Shown: positions 24,701 to 33,728 of the stretch, in pieces
Layout of the letters: each line of letters begins with the position of its first letter
How positions within the stretch are numbered: position 1 is the first letter of the stretch
NCBI GenBank assembly: GCA_964035545.1
Contig: OZ037765.1
Coordinates: 27,713,504-27,777,503, forward strand
Direction of reading: 5' to 3'
Length of the DNA stretch: 64,000 bases
DNA from: Bugula neritina
Lineage: Eukaryota; Animalia; Bryozoa
Notes under the pieces: generated by a model
The model's input: the letters and a program-made list of their open reading frames with translations, nothing else
What the model was told of the DNA's origin: nothing
Databases searched by the model: none
Program-made: the position numbers and the translations under genes

Positions 24701-26346
24701 CAGGGGTCAAGCGAGTGATATCCAAATTACGACTCCGGTGGTATTGGCCGCAGATGGAGCGTGACGTCCGGCTCAGAGTCAAACAGTGTGAGATCTGCCA
24801 GGCCAGTAAGCATAGCCGCCCCCCTGGTGAAGCAGGACGGCGGAGGCTATATGCTGGTAGGCCCTGGCAAGTAGTCGCTGTAGACCTGGTCGGACCCATG
24901 CCCCTGACCCCCAGAGGCAATAATTGGATCCTAGTACTAACCGACCACTTTACTAGGTGGGCGGATGCTCTGGCTATTCCAGATGCATCAGCCCCGACAG
25001 TGGCCAGGGCGCTAGACCAACATGTATTCTGTTATTTTGGGCTCCCCGAACAGATACACTCTGATCAAGGCGCTCAATTCCAGTCTCAACTGATGAGCGA
25101 CCTTTGCCGCCTCTGGGGAGTAAATCAGAGCAGGACCACCCCCTACCACCCTCAAGGTAACGGGGTGGTGGAGCGCAACAACCGGATGCTAGGTGATGCA
25201 CTCCGGAGTCTCCTCCTTGGACGAGGTCAAGAGGAATGGGATACGGTATTGCCGCAAGTCATGCGTGCATACCGTAGCACCCCACACACCAGTACTGGTG
25301 AGACCCCAAACCTCTTGATGCTCGGGAGAGAGACTCGTGTCCCTGACCATCTCACCTATCACGTTCCAGAGCAAGATAACTCAGTCCACGAGTATGCCAG
25401 TGAACTAGTGGAACGGATGAAGGCCGCACACGATATACTGCGCCAACAGCAGTGGAAGGTGCGGCACGAAGATTCCGATGAAACACCTCTCTATCAAAGG
25501 GGAGATAAGGTGTGGATGGTCAATTACCGTAGGCGCCGCGGACAGGCTGATAAGCTGAAGCCTAAGTTCGTAGGCCCCTACGTGGTCGTCGAGGCTATGC
25601 CCAATCATACGTACAAGATTGAGCGCTCAGGACAGGTGTCTATCCAGAATGAGTCTCGCTTGAAACCGTATTGGGCTAGCCCTGACGGAGTGGGAGAAGC
25701 CCCCCCGTTGTTAGAGCCCAGGAGGCAGACAACGACGCGCGGGCGACGGCGGCATGGACCTGAATACGAAGTGGTCATACCGCGGGAGGAAAACTTGGTG
25801 AGAGAGGAGCGGCAGCTTTTGTCAACAGAAGCGTGTCCGCCACCGCCAAGTCTAATTCCATCACTTCCAGAAACCGAGCCGGTTCCGGAAGTGCAAACCC
25901 CCACGGAGGGAGGGGCTCCATCCGGAGAACAAGAAGAGGTGACCACTAACGGTGAAGTAGAGACGCCATTAGAGGCCCCTACTAATGAACCGGCAAGCGT
26001 GTCACCCCCCCTAGAAAGGGGACCGCGTACGAGGAAACCCCCACCGTATTTGAAAGACTTCATATGTGACTGCATTAGAAGCGGCGCACATGAAAGTCTA
26101 GAGGAAAACCGTACGATATGTTGGAGTTGTGAACCCCACGCAAATATCAACTTTTGCGAGGGCGGAATAGTGGGAGGAATTAATGCGCGTAAAGCAAATA
26201 GTTCCGACCTCGTGTCTCAGAAACGATGCTCAGCCTTTTCTTATGCTGACATCGCCCAAGGCAGACGTATCTCACAACCAGCTCCAACCTTACCAAGAAC
26301 GTTGAGTATGGACATTAATACCGAGTTCCCAGGTAAGCCAGTATAA
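21724..26346 (+). CDS. pol: Pol polyprotein (protease, RT, RNase H, integrase), probably entered by -1 frameshift at 21724-21730; first in-frame Met at 21949
   Basis: LLDSGCT protease, YLDD RT, DTDAS...TDH RNase H, HHCC and D-D-E integrase (VDL, SDQG, VER), GPY motif. The frame is open upstream across the gag stop. Confidence 0.95.
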   Translation, partial: VKLSRPADTLPPRGPQLKEYGGTRRRLSVRTRRNILPEWQVPRRTSRPAQRPSTFSLPLANRFHRLPREEEPATEMEPEGPVERPKPRRHQPRRRKPRKPRVKPPPSCQTRTAHAGGVKVQPHGESYFLPGKVAGNAVTFLLDSGCTTNLLSRRIFEALPRRDRDRVRPYTGEHGTLADGSCIPFYGIIELPGRVRDQAVQETFIIGQLEEDAILGMPFLKQHQCRIDFSKSVVLMGGRELACVDKFGRPLVGGVQVVRNCTVPGRSRATIHCRVNSNRIARLGVVESAHEKIQLASSLNRLTERGEVLVQCVNPFTEPIELPAGSMLGRFHSVQEEDVGPSLGDATEAPPRHPIQGRGAVPTHLRELYETANGGCASNRERQAMAKLLRDYGDVFSSGEHDVGLTGVVRHEIPLTAGTVPVRQPTRRLGPEKEKEVSRQVRDLLDRGLIEPAHSAWSSPVVLVRKKDGSWRFCVDYRKLNSVTIQDAYPLPRIDESLDALAGSKYFSTLDLLSGYWQVPLSPDAQEKAAFITRDGLWKWKVLPFGLTSAPATFQRLMEQVLSGLHWKTLLVYLDDVIVISPDFETHVSRLQEVFEKLRGAGLKLKPSKCALLQPEVKYLGHVVGRNGVATDPEKVRAVEDWVTPQDLTGLRAFLGLVGYYRQYIPDFAGIAQPLNRLTAKGVTWQWTPVEQEAFDRLKGCLLTAPILAYPDPTLEYILDTDASDQNVGAVLSQVQEGREVVVAYYSKSLSPAERNYCTTRKELLAVIKSVKHFRPYLYGRKFRLRTDHASLIWLCRRAEPSSQVARWLEILAEFSYRIEHRPGKRHSNADGLSRRPDGGCKQCLNIERRDGGPPRCELETLAHHGASFDWDQGQLRQRVDESPEDVQNLRANPVLAGNVRELKKLQEELPGVVADIYRAKREGRRPSEERIRQGCAEFRLYCQRWDSLRIGQDGLLTISLAASGRHPERKRVVCPTAIRRELIWDTHKQAHAGVKRVISKLRLRWYWPQMERDVRLRVKQCEICQASKHSRPPGEAGRRRLYAGRPWQVVAVDLVGPMPLTPRGNNWILVLTDHFTRWADALAIPDASAPTVARALDQHVFCYFGLPEQIHSDQGAQFQSQLMSDLCRLWGVNQSRTTPYHPQGNGVVERNNRMLGDALRSLLLGRGQEEWDTVLPQVMRAYRSTPHTSTGETPNLLMLGRETRVPDHLTYHVPEQDNSVHEYASELVERMKAAHDILRQQQWKVRHEDSDETPLYQRGDKVWMVNYRRRRGQADKLKPKFVGPYVVVEAMPNHTYKIERSGQVSIQNESRLKPYWASPDGVGEAPPLLEPRRQTTTRGRRRHGPEYEVVIPREENLVREERQLLSTEACPPPPSLIPSLPETEPVPEVQTPTEGGAPSGEQEEVTTNGEVETPLEAPTNEPASVSPPLERGPRTRKPPPYLKDFICDCIRSGAHESLEENRTICWSCEPHANINFCEGGIVGGINARKANSSDLVSQKRCSAFSYADIAQGRRISQPAPTLPRTLSMDINTEFPGKPV

Positions 26347-26363
26347 GTCTTGTATTCCTATTC

Positions 26364-27437
26364 ATGGAAACGGGCTCGATGCCAGTAGATTCTGAACTAA
26401 TTCAGCAGATTGAATCAGAATTACTGGGAACCACGTTTCATGTGAATGACGATGAAGACACTGTAATGGCCGATGGTCTGTTAGACCTGGAGCTAGACAC
26501 TGTTCTTGGTCAGTCCACACATGATTCATCAGTTCCTCGAGTGCATTCCAAAAGCAGTGACTCTCAGGCTAGCAACGGTCGACAGTCACTAGAATTAGGT
26601 TGTAAAGATCCACCGCGATCTAACACTAATTCTACTTTTGTAGACACACTCGCGCCCGTCTCTCCGGGCATGCCTTCTCTAGAGATGGCGTGGGACTCAG
26701 AGCCGGCCCCAACAACTTCTACCACCAGGCAACTGCCACCCCAGTTGGAAGCAACCTCCAACTGGATTACCCCTGCCACAGAGAGAGAGATCAGGACCCA
26801 TCAAGGAGGTGAGAGTAATCGTGAATGCAATCTCTGCCAACAGCGATTCACGACCCACCGCAGACTAAAAGTACACTTGCCGCAACACTACGTCACCACT
26901 TTCTGCCCTTGCGGAGAATATAGCTACAATCGTGATTACCTGTTGCGGCACCAACGTACTATGCAGTGTTATCAAGGGCATGTCTATGAAGTAGACGAAT
27001 CATCCTATCCTGCCTTTCTCAACGCCATCAAACCACTCATCACTGACTCAGCTCGGCTATCTCGCCTGGAGCAAGGCTTTCCTTCCCCGCGGCCCATCAT
27101 CTCTGGAGCCGCAGATAAACCTACCCAGTCTGCTAACTCTCCACCCCACAGTCCTCTACGCATGCCGCATACCTTTCCTCGTGTCGTACTACAGAGGGTA
27201 GACACAAATGCATATACACTCCCTCCTCCCCTTCCATCCTCCGAGCGGAAAAGACACAGACAGCCGACTTCCTCTCGCTCGTCCCCCTGGGCCCGCAACC
27301 TACGTGAAGTAGAAGCTAGGGCGCACGACTTGGAGCAAGAAGTGTACAGGCTGGCCCCACGAGTACAGGCTGCATCCAGTGAACTCAAATACTTACAGGA
27401 GTCTATTAAACGCATGAAGCGTGCGGCCCGCAGTTAA
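26364..27437 (+). CDS. Retrotransposon ORF3: zinc-finger / PxVxL / coiled-coil protein, not env-like
   Basis: 357 aa between the pol stop and the PPT. CNLC-x12-HLPQH, CPC-x12-HQRTMQC, PRVVLQRVD and C-terminal heptads. Same length and open in copy 2. Confidence 0.9.
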   Translation: METGSMPVDSELIQQIESELLGTTFHVNDDEDTVMADGLLDLELDTVLGQSTHDSSVPRVHSKSSDSQASNGRQSLELGCKDPPRSNTNSTFVDTLAPVSPGMPSLEMAWDSEPAPTTSTTRQLPPQLEATSNWITPATEREIRTHQGGESNRECNLCQQRFTTHRRLKVHLPQHYVTTFCPCGEYSYNRDYLLRHQRTMQCYQGHVYEVDESSYPAFLNAIKPLITDSARLSRLEQGFPSPRPIISGAADKPTQSANSPPHSPLRMPHTFPRVVLQRVDTNAYTLPPPLPSSERKRHRQPTSSRSSPWARNLREVEARAHDLEQEVYRLAPRVQAASSELKYLQESIKRMKRAARS

Positions 27438-28012
27438 CTCGAGTCTACCTACAACTCCATACTACTCATTCCCCTACCTCTCTGTGGCATTCCCTACCGT
27501 AATGGTGGCACGTACTCTACATGTAGATAGGACCTTATCTTGCTTATTACTTAGTGTGCACGTTATATATACCTGTATATTTTTTATCAGTTGTTGTTTT
27601 TTTTGTATATACTTTTATACTGTTCTCTTACCCCCCCACAACGAAGTATACGTTTTTTATACGAATTTTATTTTATCAGAAAGTGGGCTTTCTGCTGGAG
27701 GGGGCAGTGTGGTGGCTCGTGGAGCTACCAGCAACACAATACGCAAGGTTGCGTATTGACCCGGAACAATGTATTAGCCAATTAGCTAGGCTGTTTTATA
27801 AGTAATAGTAGCCGCTTCGCGCTACTAGCTCAGTTGAGGATAGTGCTGTAAACTAAATAGACGTGCGTATCATTACTGTTGTACATTGGATTTTTATTAT
27901 GTATTCTTGTATTAAATATAACGATATCTACTCGACTTAACTGGTGAAGTTTCTCTAGTGTTAAATAGACTCTCTTGGTGGCACATCAACCCTAAATCTG
28001 AAAACTATAACA

Positions 28013-28901
28013 ATATATCATATATAATATAATATATAATATAATAATATATTATATATGATATTATATATATATAATATATATATAATATAATATATAA
28101 TATAATAATATATAATATATTATTAAAATATATATATATATATTATTATAATATATATATATATTATATATAATATTATTATACTTGTATAATATATATA
28201 TATATAATATAATATAATATATAATATATAATAATATATAATATATTATTATAATATATATATATATTATAAATAATATAATATAATAATATATTTTATA
28301 TGATATTATATATATATAATATATATATAATATAATATATAATATATTATTATAATATATATATATATTATATATAATATTATTATACTTGTATAATGTA
28401 TATATAATAATATAATATATAATATATAATAATATATAATATATTATTATAATATATATATATATTTTGTAAATAATATAATATAATAATATATTTTATA
28501 TGATATTATATATATATAATATATATATAATATAATATATAATATAATAATATATTATATTATTATATTATATAATATATTATTATAATATATATATATT
28601 ATATATAATATTATTATACTTATATAATATATATAACATAACAATATATAATATAAAAATATATAATATATTATTATAATATATATATATATTTTGTAAA
28701 TAATATAATATAATAATATATTTTATATGATATTATATATATATAATATATATATAATATAATATATAATATAATAATATATTATATTATTATATTATAT
28801 AATATATTATTATAATATATATATATTATATATAATATTATTATACTTATATAATATATATATAACATAACAATATATAATATAAAAATATATAATATAT
28901 T

Positions 28902-28991
<90 letters not shown>
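28013..28991. repeat. TA-rich core of the long-TIR element: ~200-230 bp degenerate tandem units plus pure (TA)n
   Basis: Landmarks TACTT(G/A)TATA near 28182, 28387, 28617 and 28845; matches the reverse complement of the core of 48060-50209. Confidence 0.85.
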
Positions 28992-28994
<3 letters not shown>

Positions 28995-29066
28995 GGTGGC
29001 TCGTGGAGCTACCAGCAACACAATACGCAAGGTTGCGTATTGACCCGGAACAATGTATTAGCCAAT

Positions 29067-32000
29067 AGACCATGTAAAACTCAGCCAATCAGCGAAGTGT
29101 ACCAGGTCAATGTCTTACCATTGTAACTGATATAAAATTCTGCAAGTTCAATTGCAAAATGCATGCTTCTAAAAGCTAGTTGTGCAACTTTTTTTTCATG
29201 CATTATTTAATTTCATATCTTAAATTGATGACTCTTGAAATGATTTTTTAAAATGTCTAAATTAAGTGTTTATAAAACGCAAATAAAAATTGCATGTCTA
29301 GAAAAATGACCTGGTACACTTTTGCAACTTAAGGCCAATTATTACATAACTGCCAGCTTAGTAGTTATTTGTTGTTGCAGCTTGAATGGGTTATTGTTTA
29401 GCATTGGAAGCTTGCAGTAAACATCTGTGAATTTGGTACATGACTTTGATTGGCTGGTTTTTGAATGGCCCTTTAGTATATGCATCTGGATGGCTGGGTA
29501 GCGTGGACTCCGCCTACATCTAGCTAATGTACAGTAGCCAATCCACAGTAGTATTACAAAATTTCTGTTTAACAAATGAAATATTCTGGTCATTTGTTTT
29601 GTACTTTACAATAGTAAATATTCTATTCAACTAGAATTTTATTGTATGTAAGCCATGGGAACTACTAAGAGGTTAAATCAACCACCCATGCTGGTAATAT
29701 TGTTGCTCGCAGTAATAGCAAGTCCGCAGTAATAGCAAGTCCACACCGTATAAATATACACATAAGCTAGTATGTGCAGCTTATGAATGCTGAAATGACC
29801 CCATTTCTTACTTTCAACTTGAAAAAAATTGTATTACATATTCTGCCACTTCTGCACCAGGAACTTGTTTTCCTTTTAAATTTTGAAAATAGTAGTCAGT
29901 TTCTATAGCAGTCAACATCCACAACGTAAGCTTTCAAATAAACTATAAATATATGGTAGCATATTGGCTTTGAAAGCTCAGAGGGATGTTCAGCTTCTCT
30001 CTTGTTGGAAAAACTATTAGATTGTTCAGTTCTCTTGCTAAAATATCTAATGTGTTTTTGAAGGTTTTGCTTGCTAGCAATCTAGAGATATAAAAAAGGC
30101 CAGCAAGTATTTGAAACTGTAAACCTTGACGCAGCTTCATCAAAGCCAATAAAAGTTCATCTTGTCTTGTTAACTTTTTTTGGAGAATAAGAACTTTCAT
30201 CTTCGGACATATAAATCTAAATATAGAAAATAAAGAATGAAAATTAAATTATGATTCAAATTATAATGTATGTGCTAAATAAATTTTGTGCTTAGTTTGT
30301 ATTCATTCAGCAGTTTTTACCCTCTGGTAAGTAGCTTCAGTTATATTTTGCAACAACTATGAAGTTCAAGAACTGCTAGCTGAAGGCTTGACCCAATATA
30401 TCACCATCCAAACAGAATGTAATGTGTGTCAACATGTGTTACGTAATACTGTAACAGTACATGGTAAGCTACTTGTATGAATACATGCTTTGAATGAAGT
30501 TATGAGTTTAAACAAATACTGTGGACAAACAATTATTACTTCATTCTATAATTATACTATAACTAATTCAAACCCATATTATTTCTAGAATAGCATTTAA
30601 TAATGTTTGTGAATAAGTGAAACTAGTAACCAAGGTAAACCATTTTAGTTTTAAACACTGAGTTAGTTTCAGCTAAAAATTAGATTAGGAGGCCACTTTT
30701 GATAAGCTTTAAAATAACCAAGGAAAATCTAAGTCAAAACAATTTACTTTTCCTAGAGAAAGTGAGTCAATTTGTCCACAAATAAAATACTGCTGCTTGT
30801 TTAAATAAAACCCTAAACTAAATAATTCAAAGCATACAAATGTCCACTGTGGTATTTATGAATATCTTACATAAAACAACATCTTTAATAAAAAATGTAT
30901 GAATGATGTACTCACACTGCAACAAATTTAATTAAAATGACAGTTTTACTACACATCAAATTTAATCAATGTAGAAATTTTAGCATAGTGAGACTTGCAT
31001 TGTTTATTTGTAATAAACCATAGTCTATCTTTGCAATAAGAAAATCATGATTTTCACCTTGCTAAAAAATAGTATAGAGAACGTGTAGGTATTTCAGTAT
31101 AAAATTTAGTTTGCTCATCTGTAGTGGTGAAAGTTTTAAAAACTTTTACTTTTTCAATAGCTGCTTTTTGTTTAAACGCGGATCTTTTTGAGCCTTTTCT
31201 TCCAACCTTTGATTTTCGTCTATCAATAGAATGTGCAGATCTTTTTTTCTGAGTAGTTGATGATTCTGGTTACTCAGTTACTTCTGATGAAGTCTGACTA
31301 TGAGGATGGCTGTCAGATGAGTTCTGTTGCTCTATATCAGCTGACTCTGTTGATAACGTTTTCTGTTCGCTTCCTTCACATGTTTCATTAAAACCACTGT
31401 TTTTTGTTCGTCTTACATTATATGCTTTAGTGCATTGGTAACCCAAATGAAGGGTTGGAGTTGGATTTTGCTCAGTGGGCTGACCATCCTTATGATTATG
31501 ATTATGATAGTCTGCTATGCTCTCTGTAATCTACAGCCACCATTGGTGACTGATGAAATTTAGAATTTGAAGTAAAAATGTGTTATTTTTACCTGTGCCA
31601 TTTTATAGAAATCTATATCTAGCTTTTATAATATAATATTCTTGTAATTTTTCATCATAGCAAGAACTAAATTACATTGTTTCCACACTTAATATTTCAT
31701 ATACTTATAGTTTATTTGAAAGCTTACGTTGTTTATTGTGGATGCAGTTGACTGCTGCAGAAACTGACTACTATTTTCAAAATTTAAAAGGAAAACAAAT
31801 TCTTGGTGCAGAAGTGGCAGAATATGTAATACAATTTTTTTCAAATTGTAAGTAAGAAATGGGGTCATTTCAGCATTTATAAGCTGCACATAATAGCTTA
31901 TGTGTATATTTATACGGTGTGGACTTGCTATTGGTGTGGACTTGCTATTACTGCGAGCAACAATATTACCAGCATGGGTGGTTGATTTAACCTCTTAGTA

Positions 32001-32596
32001 GTTCCCATGGCTTACATACAATAAAATTCTAGTTGAATAGAATATTTACTATTGTAAAGTACAAAAAAAATGACCAGAATATTTCATTTGTTAAACAGAA
32101 ATTTTGTAATACTACTGTGGATTGGCTACTGTACATTAGCTAGATGTAGGTGGAGTTTACACTACCCAGCCATCCAGATGCATATACTAAAGAGCCATTC
32201 AAAAACCAGCCAATCAAAGTCATGTACCAAATTCACAGATGTTCACTGCAAGCTTCCAATGCTAAACAATAACCCATTCAAGCTGCAACAACAAATAACT
32301 ACTAAGCTGGCAGTTATGTAATAATTGGCCTTAAGTTGCAAAAGTGTACCAGGTCATTTCTCTAGACATGCAATTTTTATTTGCGTTTTATAAACACTTA
32401 ATTTAGACATTTTAAAAAATCATTTCAAGAGTCATCAATTTAAGATATGAAATTAAATAATGCATGAAAAAAAAGTTGCACAACGAGCTTTTAGAAGCAT
32501 GCATTTTGCAATTGAACTTGCAGAATTTTATATCAGTTACAATGGTAAGACATTGACCTGGTACACTTCGCTGATTGGCTGAGTTTTACATGGTCT
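29067..32596 (-). mobile_element. ISL2EU (PIF/Harbinger-related) derivative with ~0.89 kb inverted arms and a decayed transposase
   Basis: AGACC...GGTCT ends inserted at AATT of the LTR with a 2-bp AT TSD. Minus-strand remnants: THAP tail KDGQPTEQNPTPTLHLGY (~31490-31438) and HTH_Tnp_4-like KLTRQDELLLALMKLRQGLQFQILAGLF (ORF 30200-29943). Confidence 0.85.
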
Positions 32597-32861
32597 ATTA
32601 GCTAGGCTGTTTATGAGTAAGAGTAGCAGCTTCGCGCTACTAGCTCAGTTGAGGATAGTGCTGTAAATTAAATAGACGTGCGTATTATTACTGTTGTATA
32701 TTAGATTTTATTATGTATTCTTGTATTCAAATATAACGATATCTACTCGACTTAACTCGGTGAAGTTTCTCTAGTGATAAATAGACTCTCTTGGTGGCAC
32801 ATCGACCCTAAATCTGGAAATCATAACAGTGGTGGCAGCGGTGGGATAGTGTACATCAAAG

Positions 32862-33728
32862 ATGGAGACTGAAAATGCTAGAATGCAACCACCCCCAGTA
32901 GAAGGTGAGCGTAGAAATGATGTTAATCCTGTGAATCGTGAGGGAGAAGAAGCTTATAGATATTGCTTGAAGGCTCCCACCTTTACTGGGTCAGAGGATG
33001 TCGAACAGTTTATACTAGAATTTAGAGAGGTAATGGAGATTGCTCAATGGCCGCATAGAGTGGCCCTTATCCAATTGCGGAGAGCGTTGACGGAGCAAGC
33101 CAAGCCGTACGGAGTGGGAACGGACGTAAACGGGATACTGGCTGCGCTGCGGGCCCGTTTTGGCATCTCCACAATAGACGCTAGGACCAAGCTAGAGAGA
33201 TTGTGCCGCACACCGCGGACCTCGCTGCAAGAACATGCCGCGACGGTGAAGAAGCTGGCGCAGATTGCGTATAGCGATCTGCCAGCACAACACCAAGAGC
33301 GTTACACCTATGACGCCTTTGTCCAGTCACTAAACGACCTGGGCCTACACCATCAGCTCCGAGCAAAAGGGATAACCAGGATAGAGGATGCCCTGAAGGC
33401 TGGAGAAGCTTACCTGTTGGCTACCCAAATGCATCGAGCACAACGGAACCCACCAGTAGTTGGAGTCAGCGCTGCCAGGGCTACAACAGGCCCCGAAGCC
33501 CCCCCGCTGGAAGCCGAAGTGGACCGTATGGTAGAGATGCTGGGACAGCTGGTAACCATTCTGGCCGGCGCTGGCCCCGGTCAGGCCCTGCGGTTGCCCC
33601 CAACACCTGTGGGGCCAGGCTGGAGTAGTGCTGGTCAAGACCATGGACAGCAAGGACGACCCCAATACCAGGGGGCGTTAAACTGTCGCGGCCCGCGGAC
33701 GCTCTCCCTCCCCGCGGGCCGCAACTGA
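32862..33728 (+). CDS. gag: Gag (copy 2)
   Basis: 288 aa, colinear with copy 1 Gag. Confidence 0.9.
   Translation: METENARMQPPPVEGERRNDVNPVNREGEEAYRYCLKAPTFTGSEDVEQFILEFREVMEIAQWPHRVALIQLRRALTEQAKPYGVGTDVNGILAALRARFGISTIDARTKLERLCRTPRTSLQEHAATVKKLAQIAYSDLPAQHQERYTYDAFVQSLNDLGLHHQLRAKGITRIEDALKAGEAYLLATQMHRAQRNPPVVGVSAARATTGPEAPPLEAEVDRMVEMLGQLVTILAGAGPGQALRLPPTPVGPGWSSAGQDHGQQGRPQYQGALNCRGPRTLSLPAGRN

Larger units (their letters stand above)
20571..28012 (+). mobile_element. Gypsy/Ty3 LTR retrotransposon copy 1, apparently intact, three ORFs
   Basis: 305-bp TG..CA LTRs at 20571-20875 and 27708-28012, identical by eye. TSD ATAT, PBS 20877-20894, PPT GGAGGGGGCAG 27697-27707. Domain order PR-RT-RH-IN. 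Confidence 0.98.

Noticed and set aside
25605-26150. Antisense ORFs inside the Gypsy elements (also 37561-38109, 27005-27415 and others)
   Set aside because: Expected shadows of GC-rich coding sequence; their presence in both copies is explained by overall similarity.
26364-27437. ORF3 as an envelope gene
   Set aside because: No signal peptide, transmembrane helix or env-like organisation; it has zinc fingers and basic patches instead.
29342-29593. 83-aa ORF duplicated at 32070-32321
   Set aside because: It is duplicated only because it lies in the inverted arms, and has no recognisable motif.
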